Positions 59,198 through 64,000 of a stretch of DNA of 64,000 bases are shown piece after piece. Origin of the DNA: a virus. Made by a program: the position numbers and the translations under genes. The notes beneath the pieces are model-generated. The model did not search any database. It was given only the letters and a program-made list of their open reading frames with translations, and had not been told where the DNA came from. The stretch is taken from positions 1 to 64,000 of IMG/VR virus record IMGVR_UViG_3300021498_000001; one strand, written 5' to 3'. Position 1 is the stretch's first letter. Every line of letters starts with the position of its first letter.

Positions 59198-60332
59198 TGC
59201 CCCATGCTTTCCAGCCCTGTCGAGTCTCTCGTGCAAAAAGCTCAAGATACTTTCCTTTGGGGCACATTTTTTCAATCATTTCATATATTAATTTGGGTTT
59301 TTCACTATGCTTGCCTCTTCTCTCACGAATTATCGAGCTAAATCTTGAATCTGGTGGAGGAACAGGGTAGTTCCCTTTAACACCTACTAATAATAACTCA
59401 TGCTGTATTCTGAACCAAAATCCCATACCTATAACTTCTTTATCCCATACAGCGCAAGTGCGATATTTGAAGCCCCAGGCTCTCATAACTTCCAAAGCTT
59501 CTTCTAACTTTGGAGCAGTTGCCCACAAAAATAATACTGCATTTTCTGCAGATGGTATTTGTAATTGCTTTATTTCATCTAGAGTCATAGTTGGGTACTG
59601 ATTTTCGATTGCTCTATTGATTGCCATTGAAAACTCATATTGCCAAGGAGGATCGGCAAGTATAACATCATATTTTTCATTATTTGTCAAAATTGATGGC
59701 TCGGTGTATAAATCTCTTATTATCTTTTGTCTTGCTTTCTTGATTGATAATCTATCCTCCTCAATAACCTTGATTATCTTTTTCTTCTCTTCAGGTGGCT
59801 TCTTATAAAGCTCAATAATATCCTGTTTTGGGTTTTGTTTGAGGATTTCTCTAGGTATGTGTTGTGTTAACTCTTCTACTGCTTGGGCTAGAAGGGCGTC
59901 GTTATAAACTGTTCTGCTTGTTACTCCTGTTTCTTCAGCTATCTTTTGAGCAGTCTCAGAAGGATCTGAAATTTTTTCAGATCCCTTACTGTAAGGTATT
60001 TGGCCCCCATGACTCTGTTTCTCCAGCAAATACTTCTTGCCTCTTAAAACACTCACCTCAAAAGGATCCAGATTTCTCCTACTTAATTGGTTATCAATAA
60101 CCCAATTAATAGCTGATTTTCTATCAGGCAAGGAGATATACCTAAAGGTTGGTTTAATATTGTGTTTTTTACAAATCTCTAATCGGTGGTGTCCATCCAA
60201 TAATATATCTTGCTCTTTCCATACAACTAATGGTTCAGTAAGGCCTTCATTTAAAATTTTTTGCTCGAGTCCCTGAAATTCATCTGGCTTTAATGGTGGT
60301 ATCAAATTCATAATATCTGGATCGATTTTCAT
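59187..60332 (-). CDS. ParB-like domain fused to MT-A70 family N6-adenine methyltransferase
   Basis: LLDGHHR ParB motif; ILADPPW, LFLW, HSEKP, ELFAR, WGNE. Confidence 0.9.
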   Translation of the reverse strand: MKIDPDIMNLIPPLKPDEFQGLEQKILNEGLTEPLVVWKEQDILLDGHHRLEICKKHNIKPTFRYISLPDRKSAINWVIDNQLSRRNLDPFEVSVLRGKKYLLEKQSHGGQIPYSKGSEKISDPSETAQKIAEETGVTSRTVYNDALLAQAVEELTQHIPREILKQNPKQDIIELYKKPPEEKKKIIKVIEEDRLSIKKARQKIIRDLYTEPSILTNNEKYDVILADPPWQYEFSMAINRAIENQYPTMTLDEIKQLQIPSAENAVLFLWATAPKLEEALEVMRAWGFKYRTCAVWDKEVIGMGFWFRIQHELLLVGVKGNYPVPPPDSRFSSIIRERRGKHSEKPKLIYEMIEKMCPKGKYLELFARETRQGWKAWGNEI

Positions 60333-60353
60333 AAGGCCTCCTTAATAGTGAAA

Positions 60354-60515
60354 CTATTTAGCATTCTTTCGGTCTTTAAATCTCTTTCTTTCATAATCTC
60401 TGTTCCAATAAGGACTGCCACATTTAGGGCACCTAAGAGGCAATCTTTCACTCCTTGGAATCCATTCTTTACCACATCTTTTGCATCTTAATCGAGGCAA
60501 TCGGAGCCGCTTCAT
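60354..60515 (-). CDS. small zinc-ribbon protein (53 aa, not in ORF track)
   Basis: CKRCGKEWIPR...CPKCGSPYW, directly after a consensus promoter. Confidence 0.7.
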   Translation of the reverse strand: MKRLRLPRLRCKRCGKEWIPRSERLPLRCPKCGSPYWNRDYERKRFKDRKNAK

Positions 60516-60522
60516 GTTAGGC

Positions 60523-60551
60523 ATTATACCTTTGTCTTGTTACAATGTCAA
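60523..60551 (-). promoter_or_regulatory. consensus sigma70 promoter for the MTase cassette
   Basis: minus strand TTGACA-17-TATAAT. Confidence 0.8.
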
Positions 60552-60671
60552 GATATAACACTTATTCTCATATTATTTATCTCTTTCTCTTATCCCTTCC
60601 GCGTCTAACTTTGTTTGATTTGCCTAAGATTCTTGCAACAGCTTAAATTGCATGCTATCATATTCTTTTAA

Positions 60672-61175
60672 ATGAAGGAAGTCAAATTCTTAGCTTACAA
60701 AGGCACAGACTGGCTTGCAAAAGTCATAAGGTGGCAAACTCAATCTGAGTACAGCCATATTGCTTATATTTATGACAAAGAGCACACCATAGAAGTCTGG
60801 CCAGACAGCTTCAAAGAGTTATTTAATTGCAGGTGGAAAATAAGAAAGATATTTCAAGGCTACAAACAAGGCGATGAGTATGAGATTTGGAGTTTAAAAG
60901 TCAGTAATGCCCAATTTGTAGTAATAGACAACTTCTTTGTAAGCCTTGTCAAAATGCATGCCAAGTTTGATTATATTGCTGGATTTGGACTGTTCACAAA
61001 GTGGAATAAACAAAAAGAGAATCAATACTTTTGCAGTGAGGGTTGCATTTGGCCCTTAGTAAGAGCATTTAATTGGTATAGCATTACTCCTTGGAAGGTT
61101 ACACCTGTTGCCTTTGTTTGGATTATTCAAGCAGCGGGTGCAGAATGCATAGAAAAGGGCATAATTAGGTCTTGA
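60672..61175 (+). CDS. permuted papain-like amidase (YiiX/YebB, NlpC/P60 superfamily)
   Basis: YSHIA before FCSE, then VTP. Confidence 0.8.
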   Translation: MKEVKFLAYKGTDWLAKVIRWQTQSEYSHIAYIYDKEHTIEVWPDSFKELFNCRWKIRKIFQGYKQGDEYEIWSLKVSNAQFVVIDNFFVSLVKMHAKFDYIAGFGLFTKWNKQKENQYFCSEGCIWPLVRAFNWYSITPWKVTPVAFVWIIQAAGAECIEKGIIRS

Positions 61176-61200
61176 CTTATCGGGTTAAAGAGTGTATCTT
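61172..61200 (+). promoter_or_regulatory. sigma70-type promoter
   Basis: TTGACT-17-TATCTT. Confidence 0.55.
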
Positions 61201-61220
61201 AGATTTAGAAAGGAGGCACA

Positions 61221-61448
61221 ATGCAGGTAAAGGTGCTTTTGGAGAGTCAAGAAGTTGCATTAAATGCAGAGCAATTAGGTATCAATATGGATACACCTGA
61301 GGATGAAATATTAAAAAATTGCGCACCTGTTATCTTGGAGCAGACAGGTGTGAATATAGAATCTGATACGGGTGGCTATATTTACACAGTGCGCAAAATG
61401 ACAGATTCAGATACAATTTATATTTTGCCTAAGGCGGAGGCAGTCTAA
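61221..61448 (+). CDS. small protein, possibly ubiquitin-like
   Basis: 75 aa, AGGAGG RBS, ends IYILPKAEAV. Confidence 0.5.
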   Translation: MQVKVLLESQEVALNAEQLGINMDTPEDEILKNCAPVILEQTGVNIESDTGGYIYTVRKMTDSDTIYILPKAEAV

Positions 61449-61594
61449 TCAATTCAAATAATTTCCAAGTCAAAGAAGCTGGTTTTTGTGTAGAAGGCAT
61501 GGATAATATTCTATCTCTAAAGAGTATGGTATTAACTGCTCAAGATTTCATAGAGAAGGATTTGATTTATAAGACGAGATATTAGGAGGTCTAA

Positions 61595-62050
61595 ATGATT
61601 TGGATAATTTTACCTATGATTAGTATCATTCTTTTGGTATATTCTTTCAAGAAAGATAAGTTTGGGCTTGGATTCGTTTCTTTTCTTAGCTCAATCGGTT
61701 CTATCATAATATTGATAACATGCATTGTTTCAGGAGTGACTACTTATCCTTATTTAATTGGCAAATATCAAGAGATTAAAGCACTTCATCAAAGAATTGA
61801 AGACATTAGAGCTGCTGCTTATCCAGAACAACCAGAACCAGGCAAACTTATTGCAGGCAGTTTAACTAATTTACAACAATCTTCTAGACTAAGTGAGTAT
61901 CTGCGCCTTGTTGCAACAAATGAGGCTGAATATAACGCTGATTTAACTAAGGCTCGATTTTACAAAACAGATTTAACATGGATCTTATTTGGTCATGGAT
62001 TGTTTATTTCAAACAAAGTATTTCAATTGCCTGAGATAAAACATGAGTAG
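61595..62050 (+). CDS. membrane protein
   Basis: two N-terminal hydrophobic segments, AGGAGG RBS. Confidence 0.7.
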   Translation: MIWIILPMISIILLVYSFKKDKFGLGFVSFLSSIGSIIILITCIVSGVTTYPYLIGKYQEIKALHQRIEDIRAAAYPEQPEPGKLIAGSLTNLQQSSRLSEYLRLVATNEAEYNADLTKARFYKTDLTWILFGHGLFISNKVFQLPEIKHE

Positions 62051-62325
62051 TTTCAAAGCCGCAAATTATTGACTGGATTAACTATTCCTACCCTACACTT
62101 AGCTTATTCTGCTCAAAAACATTTGAGGTTGTTTGGGATGAGCAATTTAAACCTCAGAAGGCACAGGATGAATTTGATATATGCACATGGCGAGGAGGAA
62201 AAACATTTATTTGTCTTGTTGCTGCTTTGGGTGGGATTGCGGTGAATCAATGGATGCTGTATAATATTAAAATAAATTTTCTAGGTAATGAAAGAACAAT
62301 TAGGTCATGGTATCACCTGAGGTAG
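62051..62325 (+). pseudogene. possible C-terminal fragment of a ThiF/E1-like gene
   Basis: SRKLL...PTLHLAYS, one frameshift, then TFEVVWDE...FDIC...LVAALG; no start codon. Confidence 0.4.
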
Positions 62326-62454
62326 AAATCTTAGAACCTAAGAAGCAAGAAGAAGAAGGCAAGATAGAAAATGTTACTGTTACTGAAGATTCTACAACCA
62401 TTCCCATAGGAGGCATTTTTGTGACAAAAACTGTTCCTTTCTTTACGTTTACAG

Positions 62455-62775
62455 GTGATAATTATAATGAATAAGAATCTAATTCATGAGATACTTATTC
62501 TAGTAAGAGATATCATTGAATTAGAAGAATACATCGAAAAAGTCAAGGACAAGAAATGGGATGATGCTATCTTTACTGTTATATCCAATAACAGAAAATC
62601 AATCTTCAATCGTGCAAAAATGATTTGGGAGAATATTCATTCATTATCATTATCCAAGAGCATACCAGATGAAGTTCTCTTTAAGGTAAGAAGGAATCCA
62701 TATTGGAGTAACGATAAAATTGCAATATATGTTTGGGAAGAATGTTATAAAAGATGTTTAGCATTAAGAGAGTAA
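62455..62775 (+). CDS. hypothetical protein
   Basis: 106-aa ORF. Confidence 0.5.
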   Translation: MIIIMNKNLIHEILILVRDIIELEEYIEKVKDKKWDDAIFTVISNNRKSIFNRAKMIWENIHSLSLSKSIPDEVLFKVRRNPYWSNDKIAIYVWEECYKRCLALRE

Positions 62776-62803
62776 TATACAGGTCATTATAAGGAGGCAA
62801 ATT

Positions 62804-63205
62804 GTGAAATATAAAATTTTAAGTCTAATGTTAGTTTTCTTATTTCTTTTGCCTCTGAGCTGTATTTCTCATAACTCTTTCAATCTGAACCAATCCATTG
62901 AATTTTATAATAACACTATGCAACAAGCCGATGAATTGGCAAAAGTCTTATGTGAGCACTCTGCCTTTTCTGTCTGTTTTTGGAGAAATCTATTGGGTGA
63001 AGATGTAATATCTCAGCTTCCTCATGGTGCTTATGAAGCTCTAGAGACTATTGAGAAGACGATAGAAGGCAAGAGATATGAAGACCTTACTGAATGTGAG
63101 AAAGGCACAATTCTGGCATGCTGGCTTAGATTTACAGGTATGCTTACTGCTGAAATGATGAAGAAAATGCCTTCTTGGGCAACTAAATTTATTGCTTTGT
63201 TCTAA
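62804..63205 (+). CDS. putative lipoprotein/secreted protein
   Basis: signal peptide ending PLSC, AGGAGG RBS. Confidence 0.6.
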   Translation: MKYKILSLMLVFLFLLPLSCISHNSFNLNQSIEFYNNTMQQADELAKVLCEHSAFSVCFWRNLLGEDVISQLPHGAYEALETIEKTIEGKRYEDLTECEKGTILACWLRFTGMLTAEMMKKMPSWATKFIALF

Positions 63206-63221
63206 TAGAGGTAGTAAGTAA

Positions 63222-63625
63222 ATGGCCTTATCGAATTGGGATTATGCTGCTTGGAACGAAAAAGGAGAGCCAATCCCTACTTATATTGACTGTTCTGGCA
63301 CTATAATAGAACTATACAAAGATTGGATATACATAAAAAAAGAAACCAGATAGAAAGACCTATTTCTGTATATAATGGAGAAATAGAAGGAGATGGTTTT
63401 TATCTTTATGCAGAGCGTGCTCCTCAAGATGGTATATTTGTTGCTGTTAGGGATTGGAAAACAGATAAGATATTTCTTGGCATAGGTGTATATGGTTGGG
63501 ATGTATGTTGGGTTGGCATCAAGAATGAAACAAAAGAAGCCTTTATAAAATGGCTAAAATCTTTGCCTGATAAAACAATTAATTTAATTATTTCAGAAGA
63601 TGAAATACCTAGGAGGCTAGAATAA
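63222..63625 (+). pseudogene. frameshifted paralogue of 9263..9841
   Basis: MALSNWDYAAWNEKGEP...IELYKDW then -1 shift at A7 (63335-63341) into ...GIGVYGW...FIKWLKSLP. Confidence 0.75.
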
Positions 63626-64000
63626 TTGAGATATTTGTACCTAATTAGAATAGGTAGCTTGCATTATCCAAGTCATAATTCTTTAGTATTTAAGGATTAT
63701 GCAATGGCTTATGAATTTATCTCAAGTTTGATTAGTGATTTAATGAATCAAGGATTTAAAGAATGGCATTTTAAGGAGTCAATAGAGAAATTTCATGCCA
63801 ATAATAGTGACCTTCAAATATGGATTGATATTGAACGAGTCATGTATATTGATTCTACTCATCTATTTCTTTCTTTATTGACTTCAATCAAAAATCCGAA
63901 AGACTTTATCGATTATCCTTGGAAGCGCAAATGGAAAGAAGAAGATATTAGAGTCCTGCCTAATCCCAAAAATCGAACATTTAAAATCGGTGATGTTGTT
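63626..64000 (+). CDS. partial hypothetical protein, paralogue of 54988..55302
   Basis: YLIRIG...EFI...KEW...LQIWIDIE aligns with WLVKIG...DFV...NDW...LKIWIEVE; runs off the window. Confidence 0.55.
   Translation, partial: MRYLYLIRIGSLHYPSHNSLVFKDYAMAYEFISSLISDLMNQGFKEWHFKESIEKFHANNSDLQIWIDIERVMYIDSTHLFLSLLTSIKNPKDFIDYPWKRKWKEEDIRVLPNPKNRTFKIGDVV

Noticed and set aside
1-64000. Archaeal virus, or recoded genetic code
   Set aside because: Sigma70 promoters, a SleB lysin and a U73 tRNA-Gly point to bacteria; all three stop codons end genes and the long ORFs are intact in the standard code

Overview
This 64 kb window is a large part of a tailed bacteriophage or prophage genome, probably siphovirus-like. 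A bacterial host is indicated by sigma70-type promoters, AGGAGG RBSs, a SleB-type cell wall hydrolase and a tRNA-Gly with a U discriminator. No integrase or host genes were recognised. Layout: 1-11.8 kb mostly leftward small accessory genes (radical SAM DUF5131-like, trypsin-like protease, paralogue families); 11.9-48.2 kb rightward packaging, head, tail and lysis module; 48.4-55.7 kb regulation, recombination and replication plus a tRNA; 55.7-64 kb accessory region. The top signal is at 55749-57580: a Nop-like (IS110 C-terminal-like) protein with no nuclease domain, directly followed by 26 tandem ~36-nt units, each with two conserved motifs and two variable 9-nt spacers. This is the architecture of a TIGR-Tas (TasA-type) RNA-guided system. 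Other highlights are a 2036-aa intein-containing DNA ligase/end-repair multidomain protein between the portal and capsid genes, sulfotransferase-methyltransferase and GT9 genes inside the virion module, a -1 frameshifted tail chaperone, a repeat-flanked MT-A70/nuclease cassette, an iteron-like candidate origin, and decayed remnants of a possible ubiquitin-like/ThiF system. All protein calls come from motif recognition by eye; no database searches were run.
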